Source: Eledone cirrhosa (lineage: Eukaryota). Taken from it: 64,000 bases of DNA. The number at the start of each line of letters is the position of its first letter. Position 1 is the first letter of the stretch. A model generated the notes under the pieces. It worked only from the letters and a program-made list of their open reading frames with translations. It was not told where the DNA came from and searched no databases. This document shows, one piece after another, positions 14,053 through 24,539 of the stretch. The translations under genes and the position numbers were made by a program. The stretch spans positions 220,162,001-220,226,000 of the forward strand of contig OZ024741.1 of the NCBI GenBank assembly GCA_964016885.1, given 5' to 3'.

Positions 14053-15963
14053 ATGGCGGAGCCACGCCCCCTAGAGGCGGGTCTGCTGTCGTGCAACGGC
14101 GACTTGAGCGTTGAGAGGAGAGGTGGGGCGAGGAGCGCCACCAGCACGAGTGTGAGCAGCGACAGTGCCAGCACCAACGGGCCGAGCGGCGCGGAAGGTG
14201 GTAACAGCGACAACACCAACACCAACAAGCCGAACAGCGCAGAAGGTGGTAATAGCGAGAGCACCAACAAAACGAACAGCACAGAGAGTAATAGTAGCGA
14301 CAGCAGCAGCACCAACAAGGCCAACAGCACAGAGGGTAACCACGACACAGGGGAGAACAACAACAGCAATAGCAGCAGCAACACCAACAAGAACAACAAC
14401 AGTGACAACACCAACAAGAACACCTTCGCTGCTGTGGCAGCGGCTAAAAGGAGACCATGCTACAGCATCGACTTAACCAACAGAGAGGAAATGTTGGCCC
14501 AGGCCTGGAAAATCATAAATCAAGAGCAGACCTGGGCAAACTTAACTGTCGCGGCAGAAGCCATTGAGGCAGTGGAAAAAAGAACGGTGCATTTCAGATG
14601 CATCTCAGTAGAGACAAAGAGGGCAGCGATAATCGCCCAAGCTGATATAGAAGCCGCACTGAAATACATCAGAGAGGACACAGACTTCATAGAGAGGGTC
14701 AGGCAATACGGCACCGTTTCGGTGCTGTTCAAGTCTGAAGCCCTCGCTGTGAAGCATTCAATGACCCCTTGCAAAACCAGCAAGGTCATAATGTACCCCT
14801 CCCACATGGGAAAACGAATAGCACGTGTGCGCATTCCCAGGATTCCACCAGGACTTGATATGTGGTGGCTCCTGGGTTGCGTAATCGTGGAAGGAACGGA
14901 TACAGTCCCGGTAGAGGCAACGAGAACTGCCAGGGACGACTGGTCCGGGGTTGATCTGGAGATACTGCTCCAAATCAGACCCGAAAACGTAAAAACAATC
15001 CCGGACCACATCCGCCTCCAAAACGGGAGGGTGTTGCATATAATGACTGAGGGCAAAAGGCCGCATTGTTTCCTTTGTGGGGAAACGACACACTTGCGAG
15101 CCTTCTGCCCTCAACTGCCGAAAAGCGCAAGGGGTCGAAAGATTCCACTGCTGGCGACGCCGGGACAAGGACCACCAGCAACACCGTCAACAATGGAACC
15201 ACCAAAATTGCACACCCAGGGGGGAAACGAGGAAAGCTCTCCCATTCCCCCTCCCCCCCAAAATACACACACGAACAAGAACATAAACACTCACTCAGAC
15301 ACAAACACGCTCACAGCCACAGACCCCTCATCCTCCAGCAGTGAAGATGAGGGAAAACCAAAGTCCCCCAAAATACAAAAAACAAAACACAAAAAAAAAA
15401 GAAATCCACAAAGCACAAACACCCCCACAAAAAAAAATACACACACCACCCACACAAACATTTTCCCCACAGCATCACCAACACAACCACCAAAATCCCC
15501 CAAACGCAAACAAGCTAAACAGACACAAGAACAAATAGACACACAAACATCAGAAACTACAGACACCCCACCCACAACAAACGCAGACACAATAGAAACA
15601 ACACTAACAAAGCTATCACCACCACAATCACACGAACAAATAAAACCCGAGCAACAAAACATTAAAAACTTCGTGCTTGCCAGAAGGGCCAACAAGGAAT
15701 TGATGGCCCATGTAGCACGAAGCACAAACATCGAAAAAGACGGGGAAACATTTGAAGCGAGCACATTTCGCGTACCAGATAATTTGCTTCTGATGCGAAT
15801 GTCGCTCGCTTCATACAAAGAAATTCGAAAGAGCTTTCCTCGGGATGTGGGAACCCCGAACGTAAAACCCACGTCAAGACTATTAAAGGGGTTCCCAAAA
15901 GAAACCCCACAAACCATGGAGGTCGAACCACCCGACCTTCACAAGACCCCGGAAGGTAAGTAA
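14053..15963 (+). CDS. LINE ORF1 protein (636 aa), nucleic-acid-binding gag-like with CCHC zinc knuckle
   Basis: Open frame with AAAAACATGG start context. Ser/Asn-rich N-terminus, globular core, CFLCGETTHLRAFC (CX2CX4HX4C), Pro/Thr/Lys-rich linker. Confidence 0.88.
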   Translation: MAEPRPLEAGLLSCNGDLSVERRGGARSATSTSVSSDSASTNGPSGAEGGNSDNTNTNKPNSAEGGNSESTNKTNSTESNSSDSSSTNKANSTEGNHDTGENNNSNSSSNTNKNNNSDNTNKNTFAAVAAAKRRPCYSIDLTNREEMLAQAWKIINQEQTWANLTVAAEAIEAVEKRTVHFRCISVETKRAAIIAQADIEAALKYIREDTDFIERVRQYGTVSVLFKSEALAVKHSMTPCKTSKVIMYPSHMGKRIARVRIPRIPPGLDMWWLLGCVIVEGTDTVPVEATRTARDDWSGVDLEILLQIRPENVKTIPDHIRLQNGRVLHIMTEGKRPHCFLCGETTHLRAFCPQLPKSARGRKIPLLATPGQGPPATPSTMEPPKLHTQGGNEESSPIPPPPQNTHTNKNINTHSDTNTLTATDPSSSSSEDEGKPKSPKIQKTKHKKKRNPQSTNTPTKKNTHTTHTNIFPTASPTQPPKSPKRKQAKQTQEQIDTQTSETTDTPPTTNADTIETTLTKLSPPQSHEQIKPEQQNIKNFVLARRANKELMAHVARSTNIEKDGETFEASTFRVPDNLLLMRMSLASYKEIRKSFPRDVGTPNVKPTSRLLKGFPKETPQTMEVEPPDLHKTPEGK

Positions 15964-15992
15964 ACCTTTCCTCTCCCATTCATCCTGCCAGC

Positions 15993-18900
15993 ATGGCCAT
16001 AAGAGTAGGAAGTTTAAATGTTCGTGGCCTGGGGTCGCCCTGGAAGCAAGGTCACTTGCTCAACGACCTCAGGTCACTAGGAATGGATGTAATTGCCATC
16101 AGCGAGACCAGAATTTCCGACACACGCGCACTGGCGCCGATTTTCGACGATTATCAGATCTTTGCATCTGTTAGTCGGCCGGGAATGGGAGGTGGAGTGG
16201 CTGTGCTGTTTAGGAAATGTCTGGATCTCGAGGTAAGGTCAATCTTCCGGGATCCTGACGGAAAGTTGGTGGTCCTGGACGTGAGCAATAGCGAAGGTGG
16301 TGCCTTTAGACTGGTGGCCGTCTACGCCCCTACTGGGGCCGGTCGGCCGGACTTCTTTAGGCGCCTGGAAAACTTTCTGCTTACGTCTCGCCCTTTACTG
16401 TTAATAGGGGATTGGAATGGCATCTTAGAATCACGCTGGGATTGTGTGGGAGTATCTGATAGGAGCGGGGGGTGCAAAAGCCTCAAGTACCTGATCAGCC
16501 AGTTTCAACTGTCTGACAGGTACCGACTAGATTTCCCTAATGCGCCAGTATGGACCTGGACCAATCGCATAGGGTCATCTAGATCGTACATAGATAGGAT
16601 TTTCATTAGGAAAAGAGATAGAAATAGTGTAGGATGTCCACATTTTAAAACGGTTGCCTATTCAGATCACAAGCTTGTGATCTGTATGGTCGACCTAGAT
16701 AAGACACGTAGGTTAGGACCTAGCTACTGGAAGCTAAACATGTCGTTTCCGGCACGTAAAGCTTACAGGGACCGGGTCAACAACTTAGTTAAGCAAAAGT
16801 TGACAGGGGGGGTTGTCAACAACAGGTGGTGGGGGGCACTCAAAAGAGAGATTAGAGCAACCTCGATAGGATTTAGCAAAGAAGTAGCAATAGAGAAAAA
16901 TAGAAAGGAGGAGGGGCTGATAGCTAAGTTAGACGAGGCTATTTGTAGTGGCATTGCAACAGACGTGCTAGCGCCGAGAATGGCACTAGACCATTTCTTC
17001 AATGCGAAACACGAAGGTTGCATTGTCAGAGCTAAGGCGCGTGCTCTGAGGAACGAGGGAACCAAAGCTGCCCGATGGGCTCGCTTTGCAGAGACGCAGC
17101 GTGGAAATAAAACCACAATTCGGTCTTTGACGGATCGAGATGGACACGAACTGAGCGATTCCAAGCAGATGTGTGAGGCCTTTCGCCAGCACTTTGCTCG
17201 ATTGTTCGGGAGGATGGGTGAGTCGGAGACGGCGGCGGACTTCAGTCCCTACCTCGACGGCTTGCCACGCCTCTCGACGGCCGACGCTGAGCGCTGCGAA
17301 GAGCCGATAACATCAGTCGAAATTCAGGACGCCCTTGTCGGCTGCTCGAGTCGCAAGTCACCCGGTTTGGATGGTCTGCCCTACGAGCTTTACGTAAATA
17401 TGCCAGACTTGTTCTCCGATCTCCTCGAAGCGCTCTACTGCAACTGGCAGCAGAACGGGAGCATTCCCAGTTCTGTGAGCCGTGGCGTAGTGACGCTGAT
17501 AAGGAAAGACGAGAACAAGAGGGACACACTAGATAATTTCAGGCCCATAACCCTGCTCAACACAGAGTTTAAGATTTTGGCCAAGGTGTTAGCGAAAAGG
17601 TTGGCGCTTGTCGTCAAAGATTTGGTTGGGGAGGCGCAAACTTGCGCAATCCCGACCAGGTCCATACACGACAACCTCCACCTCATGCGATACATCATAG
17701 AGAGGGTTGGGTGCAAACCTGGCTTCGGTGGGGCTCTGATCAATTTAGATCAATCGAAAGCATTCGATAGGGTCGACCATCGGTACTTGGAGGCTGTCCT
17801 CGAGGCGGCTGGCTTCGGCCCCGTCTTCAGAAGCTGGATCGCTGCAATGTACAGCGGCATCCGCTCGGTGGTCAAAGTTAATGGCCACCTCTCGGAACCG
17901 TTTCAGATCTCTCGATCGGTCCGTCAAGGGTGCCCTCTCTCCTCACTTCTGTACGTATTGACTCTTGAGCCTCTACTGCGGAAGCTGGAGTTGTTGCAGG
18001 GCATCCCGCTCGAACCGGGACGTAGAAAGGCTGCGTCCGCTTATGCGGACGACATCACCGTGATGGTGTCGGACACCTCGGAAATCGAGGTGATCCGCAC
18101 CCATTTGGAGGAATATGAAAGGTTGACGGGAGCAAAACTTAACCCGGAAAAGTCGGTGGGCTTGCAGCTCGGCACCTGGAGAGGCAAGTCCATGCCGTCC
18201 AACAGCGTCGTTGGGCGCTGGACAGACGGACCGGTAAAGTTGCTCGGGGTTTGGTTCGGACCAGACCTCCAGGTGGATAAGAATTGGGACGAGGTGACGA
18301 GCAGGATAGCCAACCTCACCCAGAAATGGGCTGAGAGAAAGCTATCACTGAAAGGGCGGGCGGAGGTGGCGAACGCGTACATCGCGTCCGTCATCTACTA
18401 CCGCCTGACCGTCGTGCCTTGCCCCCGTCCACGCCTCGCCAATTTGGAACGGCTCCTTTTCAAATTTTTGTGGAGGGGACGGGTCCCGTTGGTGAGGCGG
18501 TCCATCTGCTGCCAGCACCCTCTTCGTGGAGGGCTGGGCATGCCGTGGCTAATGATGCGCAGACATGCGCTGAGGCTGCGACATCTCCAGATATTTTGCC
18601 TAAACGGTGAACAGGTGTGGTCGCCGTTTGTTAGACGGGCCTTTCCGCAGCTCATCTCTTTGACTGAGCTGCAGTCCTGGGTCAAGAAGAGACCGAGACT
18701 GGGCGACTGGCATCTGGAATGTTGCCAGGCGCTCACTGCACTCTGCAAGGTGGGCAATGCGGTCAGTGGAACTTCCACTCAAGATTTCTATAGAGGATTA
18801 GTGGAGGGCAAGTGCGATGACGTACTAGGAGAGGCTCTGGGCGTCAACGAAGTAGAACTGACCAGTATGTTCCGGAGGACTTTCGAGCCGGGGACGATGG

Positions 18901-19412
18901 ATAACTTCCAGAAATCCCTCGCTTGGCAGTGCTACCGGGGGGCGCTGCCGGTTCGGGATAAACTCTACAGGCACGGAAGTGCTGTCAGACGAACCTGCCC
19001 GAGATGCGCGCAGAGCGACGAAACCGTTCTGCACGCACTCGTCCAGTGTCCGTGCATTGCTGACTTGTGGGGTTATGTCGAACAGCTATTGTCGCGTGTA
19101 GAACGGATCCGGCTATCGTCCGAGTCCATAGTGAAGATTGACCCGCCGCCTTCTTTTGGTCAGGAAGGGCAGGCAATTTTCCTCTGCCTGGTGGCAGTAG
19201 CGAAAGAGGTTGCATGGTGGACCAGGTTGAAAGGACTGAAGACAGACACTTTTCTCTTCGGCCAATCCCTCATCAACTTCTTCAAGTTTCACTTGGAAAG
19301 GAAGGTGAGGGTGGAGAGAGAAGTGCTGCCCCCCAGTACATTTACTGAAAGGTGGGTGAATGTGGCGAGAATGGCCCGCGTGAGTGGGCCTACTCTGATC
19401 ATGCGCCTGTAG
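15993..19412 (+). CDS. LINE ORF2 protein (1139 aa): AP-like endonuclease, reverse transcriptase and C-terminal zinc finger, Tx1/L1 clade
   Basis: APE motifs SLNVRG, SET, VYAP, GDWN, IDRI, SDH. YWKLN. RT motifs KSPGLDG, FRPITLLN, LDQSKAFDRV, RQGCPLS, YADD. GGLG. CPRC-x7-H-x4-C. Confidence 0.97.
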   Translation: MAIRVGSLNVRGLGSPWKQGHLLNDLRSLGMDVIAISETRISDTRALAPIFDDYQIFASVSRPGMGGGVAVLFRKCLDLEVRSIFRDPDGKLVVLDVSNSEGGAFRLVAVYAPTGAGRPDFFRRLENFLLTSRPLLLIGDWNGILESRWDCVGVSDRSGGCKSLKYLISQFQLSDRYRLDFPNAPVWTWTNRIGSSRSYIDRIFIRKRDRNSVGCPHFKTVAYSDHKLVICMVDLDKTRRLGPSYWKLNMSFPARKAYRDRVNNLVKQKLTGGVVNNRWWGALKREIRATSIGFSKEVAIEKNRKEEGLIAKLDEAICSGIATDVLAPRMALDHFFNAKHEGCIVRAKARALRNEGTKAARWARFAETQRGNKTTIRSLTDRDGHELSDSKQMCEAFRQHFARLFGRMGESETAADFSPYLDGLPRLSTADAERCEEPITSVEIQDALVGCSSRKSPGLDGLPYELYVNMPDLFSDLLEALYCNWQQNGSIPSSVSRGVVTLIRKDENKRDTLDNFRPITLLNTEFKILAKVLAKRLALVVKDLVGEAQTCAIPTRSIHDNLHLMRYIIERVGCKPGFGGALINLDQSKAFDRVDHRYLEAVLEAAGFGPVFRSWIAAMYSGIRSVVKVNGHLSEPFQISRSVRQGCPLSSLLYVLTLEPLLRKLELLQGIPLEPGRRKAASAYADDITVMVSDTSEIEVIRTHLEEYERLTGAKLNPEKSVGLQLGTWRGKSMPSNSVVGRWTDGPVKLLGVWFGPDLQVDKNWDEVTSRIANLTQKWAERKLSLKGRAEVANAYIASVIYYRLTVVPCPRPRLANLERLLFKFLWRGRVPLVRRSICCQHPLRGGLGMPWLMMRRHALRLRHLQIFCLNGEQVWSPFVRRAFPQLISLTELQSWVKKRPRLGDWHLECCQALTALCKVGNAVSGTSTQDFYRGLVEGKCDDVLGEALGVNEVELTSMFRRTFEPGTMDNFQKSLAWQCYRGALPVRDKLYRHGSAVRRTCPRCAQSDETVLHALVQCPCIADLWGYVEQLLSRVERIRLSSESIVKIDPPPSFGQEGQAIFLCLVAVAKEVAWWTRLKGLKTDTFLFGQSLINFFKFHLERKVRVEREVLPPSTFTERWVNVARMARVSGPTLIMRL

Positions 19413-19686
19413 GCTGGTGAATTCGAGAAGGAGAGGGGTGCCCTTCCCGGGTGCCCTAGGAGCGTCGGGTGGCTCAGGACTGGTGGGGTGCTTGAGTCAA
19501 CCCTGGGTGGTGATCCCTCTTATTGGGGAACTTTCATTGTTGTATTTTTATTGTTATTTTGTTTTTGTTTTTTTGTTATTTATACTTACTCGATCTCTAT
19601 GTAAACCCCCACTGTCCCTGTCTATTGTGTTGTCCCCTATATGTCGGCCCTTGTGGCCAATAAATGAAATCATTATTAGTAGTAAT

Positions 19687-19802
19687 AGTTCAAATCCCGC
19701 CGAGGTTGACTTTGCCTTTCATCCTTACGGGGTCGATAAAATAAAGTACCAGTAATGCACTGGGTAATTACTGGCCTTGTGCCTAAAGTAGAAACAATTA
19801 TT
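19687..19802 (+). mobile_element. 5'-truncated SINE after the LINE tail
   Basis: Starts at the B box (AGTTCAAATCCCGCC), ends GAAACAATTATT, then (TAG)n. Confidence 0.9.
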
Positions 19803-20006
19803 AGTAGTAATAGTAGTAATAGTAATAATAGTAGTGTTGGTGGTGGTGGTCGTCGCCGTAGTAGTAGTATTGGTGTTAGTATTTGTAGTAGTAGTAGTAG
19901 TAGTAGTAGTTGTAGTAGTAGTAGTAGTGGTAGTAGTGTTGGTGGTGGTCGTGGTCGTCGTCGTAGTAGTAGTGGTGTTAGTATTTGTAATAGTAGTAGT
20001 AGTATA

Positions 20007-20066
<60 letters not shown>

Positions 20067-20128
20067 ATAGTAGTGAAGGTGTTGTTATTGTGGTAGTTGT
20101 AGTAGTGTAGTATAGTTTAGTGGTAGTG

Positions 20129-20176
<48 letters not shown>

Positions 20177-21870
20177 TAGTAGTAGTGGTGATTGTTTTTA
20201 TTCTGGTCTTAATTTTGTAGGTTTTTCTTAATGTTACAGTGTTGATGTTGTAGTACCGGTGTTGGTAATAGTGGTGAGTGTTTTAATAGTGGTAGTAATG
20301 TTGTGGTGGTAGTTGTAGATGTGATAGTGATTGTGGCGTTGGTGGTAATGTAGTGGTGTTTGTTGTTGTGGTGGTTGTCGTGGTGGTGTTTGTTGTGGTG
20401 CTGGTAGTGATAGTGGTGGTTGTCGTGGTGGTGTTTGTTGTGGTGGTGGTAGTGATAGTTGTGGTTGTCGTGGTGGTGTTTGTTGTGGTGGTGGTAGTGA
20501 TAGTGGTGGTTGTCGTAGTGGTGTTTGTTGTTGTGGTGGTAGAGATAGTGGTGGTTATCGTAGTGGTGTTTGTTGTTGTGGTGGTAGTGATAGTGGTGGT
20601 TGTCGTAGTGGTGTTTGTTGTGGTGGTGTTTGTTGTTGTGGTGGTTGTCGTAGTGGTGTTTGTTGTTGTGGTGGTAGTGATAGTGGTGGTTGTCGTAGTG
20701 GTGTTTGTTGTGGTGGTGGTAGTTTATAGTGGTGGTTGTTGTGGTGGTGTTTGTTGTGGTGGTGGTAGTGATAGTGGTGGTTGTGGTAGTGGTGTTTGTT
20801 GTGGTGGTGGTAGTGATAGTGATGGTTGTCGTAGTGGTGTTTGTTGTGGTGGTGGTAGTGATAGTGGTGGTTGTCGTAGTGGTGTTTGTTGTGGTGGTGG
20901 TAGTGATAGTGGTGGTTGTCGTGGTGGTGTTTGTTGTGGTGGTGTTTGTTGTTGTGGTGGTTGTCGTAGTGGTGTTTGTTGTTGTGGTGGTAGTGATAGT
21001 GGTGGTTGTCGTAGTGGTGTTTGTTGTGGTGGTGGTAGTGATAGTGGTGGTTGTCGTAGTGGTGTTTGTTGTGGTGGTGGTAGTGATAGTGGTGGTTGTC
21101 GTAGTGGTGGTTGTCGTAGTGGTGTTTGTTGTTGTGGTGGTTGTCGTAGTGGTGTTTGTTGTGGTGGTGGTAGTGATAGTGGTGGTTGTCGTGGTGGTGT
21201 TTGTTGTGGTGGTGGTAGTGATAGTGGTGGTTGTCGTAGTGGTGTTTGTTGTGGTGGTGGTAGTGATAGTGGTGGTTGTCGTGGTGGTGTTTGTTCTTGT
21301 GGTGGTGGTTGTCGTGGTAGTGTTTGTTATTGGTATGGTAGTTGTGGTAGTTGTGGTAGTTGTTGTGGTAGTTGTTGTCGTAGTTGTGGTAGACGCTGTG
21401 GTATTGGTGGCAGTGGTTGTTGTAGCTATGGTAGTAGTGGTGGTAGTAGCAGTGATAGTAGTTTCAGAAGTAGTGATGTTGTAGTTTCGGTGGTAGTTGT
21501 CGTGGTGGTGTTTGCTGTGGTGGTGGTAGTGATAGTGGTGGTTGTCGTAGTGGTGTTTGTTGTGGTGGTGGTAGTGATAGTGGTGGTTGTCGTGGTGGTG
21601 TTTGTTCTTGTTCGTGGTGGTTGTCGTGGTAGTGTTTGTTATTGGTATGGTAGTTGTGGTAGTTGTGGTAGTTGTTGTGGTAGTTGTTGTCGTAGTTGTG
21701 GTAGACGCTGTGGTATTGGTGGCAGTGGTTGTTGTAGCTATGGTAGTAGTGGTGGTAGTAGCAGTGATAGTAGTTTCAGAAGTAGTGATGTTATAGTTTC
21801 GGTGGTAGTTGTTGTGGTAGTTTCAGTTGTAATTTCAGCTGTAGTGGTGGTAGTTACCGTGGTAGTAGTA
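19803..21870. repeat. (TAG)n/(GGT)n-derived low-complexity array with a higher-order unit of about 45 bp and an internal duplication
   Basis: Unit GTGGTGTTTGTTGTGGTGGTGGTAGTGATAGTGGTGGTTGTCGTA. About 21290-21500 is repeated at about 21600-21810. Confidence 0.9.
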
Positions 21871-21883
21871 TTGATTCTACTAA

Positions 21884-22455
21884 TAATTGTTTCTACTTTT
21901 GGCACAAGGCCAGAAATTGCACCAGTACATTACTGGTACTTTATTTTATCGACCTCGTGAGGATGAAAGGCAAAGTTAACCTCGGCGGGATTTGAACTCA
22001 GATCATAAAGGGACGTAATTACGCTGGAAAGCATGGCTTCCGACCCTCTACCGATACTGCCAATTCACCGCCAATCCACTAATAGTTGTTTCTACTTTTT
22101 GGCACAAGGCCAGCAATTATCCCAGTGTATTACTGGTACTTTATTTTATCGACCCCGTAAGGATGAAAGGCAAAGTTAACCTTGACAGGATGTGAACTCA
22201 GAATGGCAAGGGCCGTAACTCTATGCGTCAAAGCATGGCGTCTGACCCTCTACCGATACTGCCAATCCAGTAATAATTGTTTCTACGTTAGGCACAAGGC
22301 CAGCAAATTACCCAGTGTATTACTGGTACTTTATTTTATCGACCTCATAAGGATGAAAGGCAAAGTTAACCTCGGCGGGATTTGAACTCAGAGTGTAAAG
22401 GGACGTAACTATGCTGGAAAGCATGGCGTCCGACCCTCTACCGATACTGCCAATA
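21884..22455 (-). mobile_element. Three tandem SINE copies, minus strand
   Basis: Copies at about 21884-22078, 22084-22270 and 22272-22455, head to tail. Confidence 0.9.
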
Positions 22456-22519
22456 CACCAATGGAATGTGGAAATATTCTCAGTGACAATCTAGCTTTAC
22501 AACTACTGTCATTGTTATT

Positions 22520-23715
22520 ACAGTCTGTTGTTGTTGCTGTTGTGGTGGTGGCGTGGGGGTTGGTGGTGGTTATGATGACTTCTTGTTGTTGTGGTGGTTG
22601 TGCTTGTGTGGCGGCTGTGGTGGTGGTGGTGGTGGTTCGTGGTGATGATGACTGTTGTTGTTGTGGTTGTTGTTGTGTGGTGGTGGCGGTGGTTGGCGGT
22701 GATGATGGCTGTTGTTTTGGTTGGTGTTGTAGTGTAGTGGTGGTAGGGAATGCGGTTGGTGGTGTTGTAGTGTGGTGGTGGTGGGGATTGTGGTTGGTGG
22801 TGTTGTAGTGTAGTGGTGGTAGGGATTGTGGTTGGTGGTGTTGTAGTGTAGTGGTGGTGGGGGGGGGATTGTGGTTGGTGGTGTTGTAGTGTAGTGGTGG
22901 TGGGGATTGTGGTTGGTGGTGTTGTAGTGGTGGTGGTGGTGGTGGTGGTGGTAGTGGTGGTGGGGATTGTGGTTGGTGGTGTTGTAGTGTGGTGGTGATG
23001 GAGATTGTGGTTGGTGGTGTTGTAGTGTGGTGGTGGTAGGGAATGTGGTTGGTGGTGTTGGGGATTGTGGTTGGTGGTGTTGTAGTGTGGTGGTGGTAAG
23101 GAATGTGGTTGGTGGTGTTGTAGTGTGGTGGTGGTGGGGATTGTGGTTGGCGGTGTTGTAGTGTGGTGGTAGTAGTGATGGTGGCTGCTGGTGTTGTAGT
23201 GTAGTGGTGCTGGGGATTGTGGTTGGTGGTGTTGTAGTGGTGGTGGTGGTGGTGGTGGTGGTAGTGGTGGTGGGGATTGTGGTTGGTGGTGTTGTAGTGT
23301 GGTGGTGATGGAGATTGTGGTTGGTGGTGTTGTAGTGTGGTGGTGGTAGGGAATGTGGTTGGTGGTGTTGGGGATTGTGGTTGGTGGTGTTGTAGTGTGG
23401 TGGTGGTAAGGAATGTGGTTGGTGGTGTTGTAGTGTGGTGGTGGTGGAGATTGTGGTTGGTGGTGTTGTAGTGTAGTGGTGGTGGGGATTGTGGTTGGTG
23501 GTGTTGTAGTGGTGTTGTAGTGTAGTGGTGGTAGGGATTGTGGTTGGTGGTGTTGTAGTGTAGTGGTGGTGGGGATTGTGGTTGGTGGTGTTGTAGTGTG
23601 GTGGTGGTGGGGATGTGGTTGGTGGTGTTGTAGTGGTGGTGGTGGTGGGGATGTGGTTGGTGGTGTTGCTTGTAACAATTTAAAATAGATGGCAGTTTAG
23701 TTGTAGTAACTGGCG

Positions 23716-23751
<36 letters not shown>

Positions 23752-23790
23752 TACACACACATGTACACACACATGTACACACACTTATGT
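22520..23790. repeat. GT-rich minisatellite (GGGATTGTGGTTGGTGGTGTTGTAGTGT...) plus (CA)n
   Basis: Direct inspection. About 22890-23130 is duplicated at about 23190-23440. Confidence 0.9.
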
Positions 23791-24539
23791 AATTTAAGAG
23801 TAGGTAGCAATGATTAAGGCAACAATCTCCATAAAGTGATATATTTATATCCTGGTAATGACATGATATATTATGTGATATAATTTTAGTTGGTTTAAGC
23901 GAGATGTTTAACGAGATTACACAGCCAATCATCAGGTAATATCTATTATGTCTGTGGGAATTATATAAGCGCGAAGAATGGACCTTAAATATCACATCTA
24001 CTCTGTGGCGAAATAATACGATCGCGAATATAAGCGGTGAAATGGGATTCCTTCGAAAGATCGTTGGATTAACATTACTCGATAAAGTGCGTAGCTCGAA
24101 GATCATAGAATCACTCCAGGTAGAGTCGCTACTTCTCTAAATTGAGAGATCACAGCTTCGATATTATGGGCATGGGGCTAGAATGTCTTAGGAAAGAATC
24201 GCTGGACAGATCTGTAGCTCTGAGATCAGAGAGTCACTCCTGGAAGAGCGGCTACTTCTCCAAATTCAGAGATCACAGCTCCGATACTATGGGCATGCGG
24301 GTAGAATGTCTCAGGAACGAATCGCTGGACGGACTTTACAGGCAAAACCAACCGACAGGAGGCACAGGGGTAGATCCCGAGCAAGATGGTTGGCTAACAT
24401 CCATGAGCTTGGCTGGTTTCGCTTGGGGATCCAGCCGTATCTCTTGGAGTCGGTTGTTTCTCACAGGACCCACTCGAAGGAGTGTTTCAGGACTCTGGCC
24501 CCACGATCCTCTCATGAATAAGTGGGCAAAGAAAAAGAA

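Larger units (their letters stand above)
13843..19677 (+). mobile_element. L1/Tx1-clade LINE copy B, apparently intact (about 5.8 kb)
   Basis: About 210-nt 5' UTR, uninterrupted ORF1 and ORF2, about 260-nt 3' UTR ending GGCCCTTGTGGCCAATAAATGAAATCATTATT. Confidence 0.95.

Noticed and set aside
15956-15991. GT..AG micro-intron fusing ORF1 to ORF2
   Set aside because: 36 nt is very short, removal leaves ORF2 out of frame, and copy A lacks the acceptor AG.
20353-24106. 535-aa Val/Cys/Gly ORF and 565-aa His/Pro/Thr ORF resembling keratin-associated or mucin proteins
   Set aside because: Several frames are open because the DNA is GGT/GTT-derived repeat, and the 535-aa ORF runs into SINE sequence.
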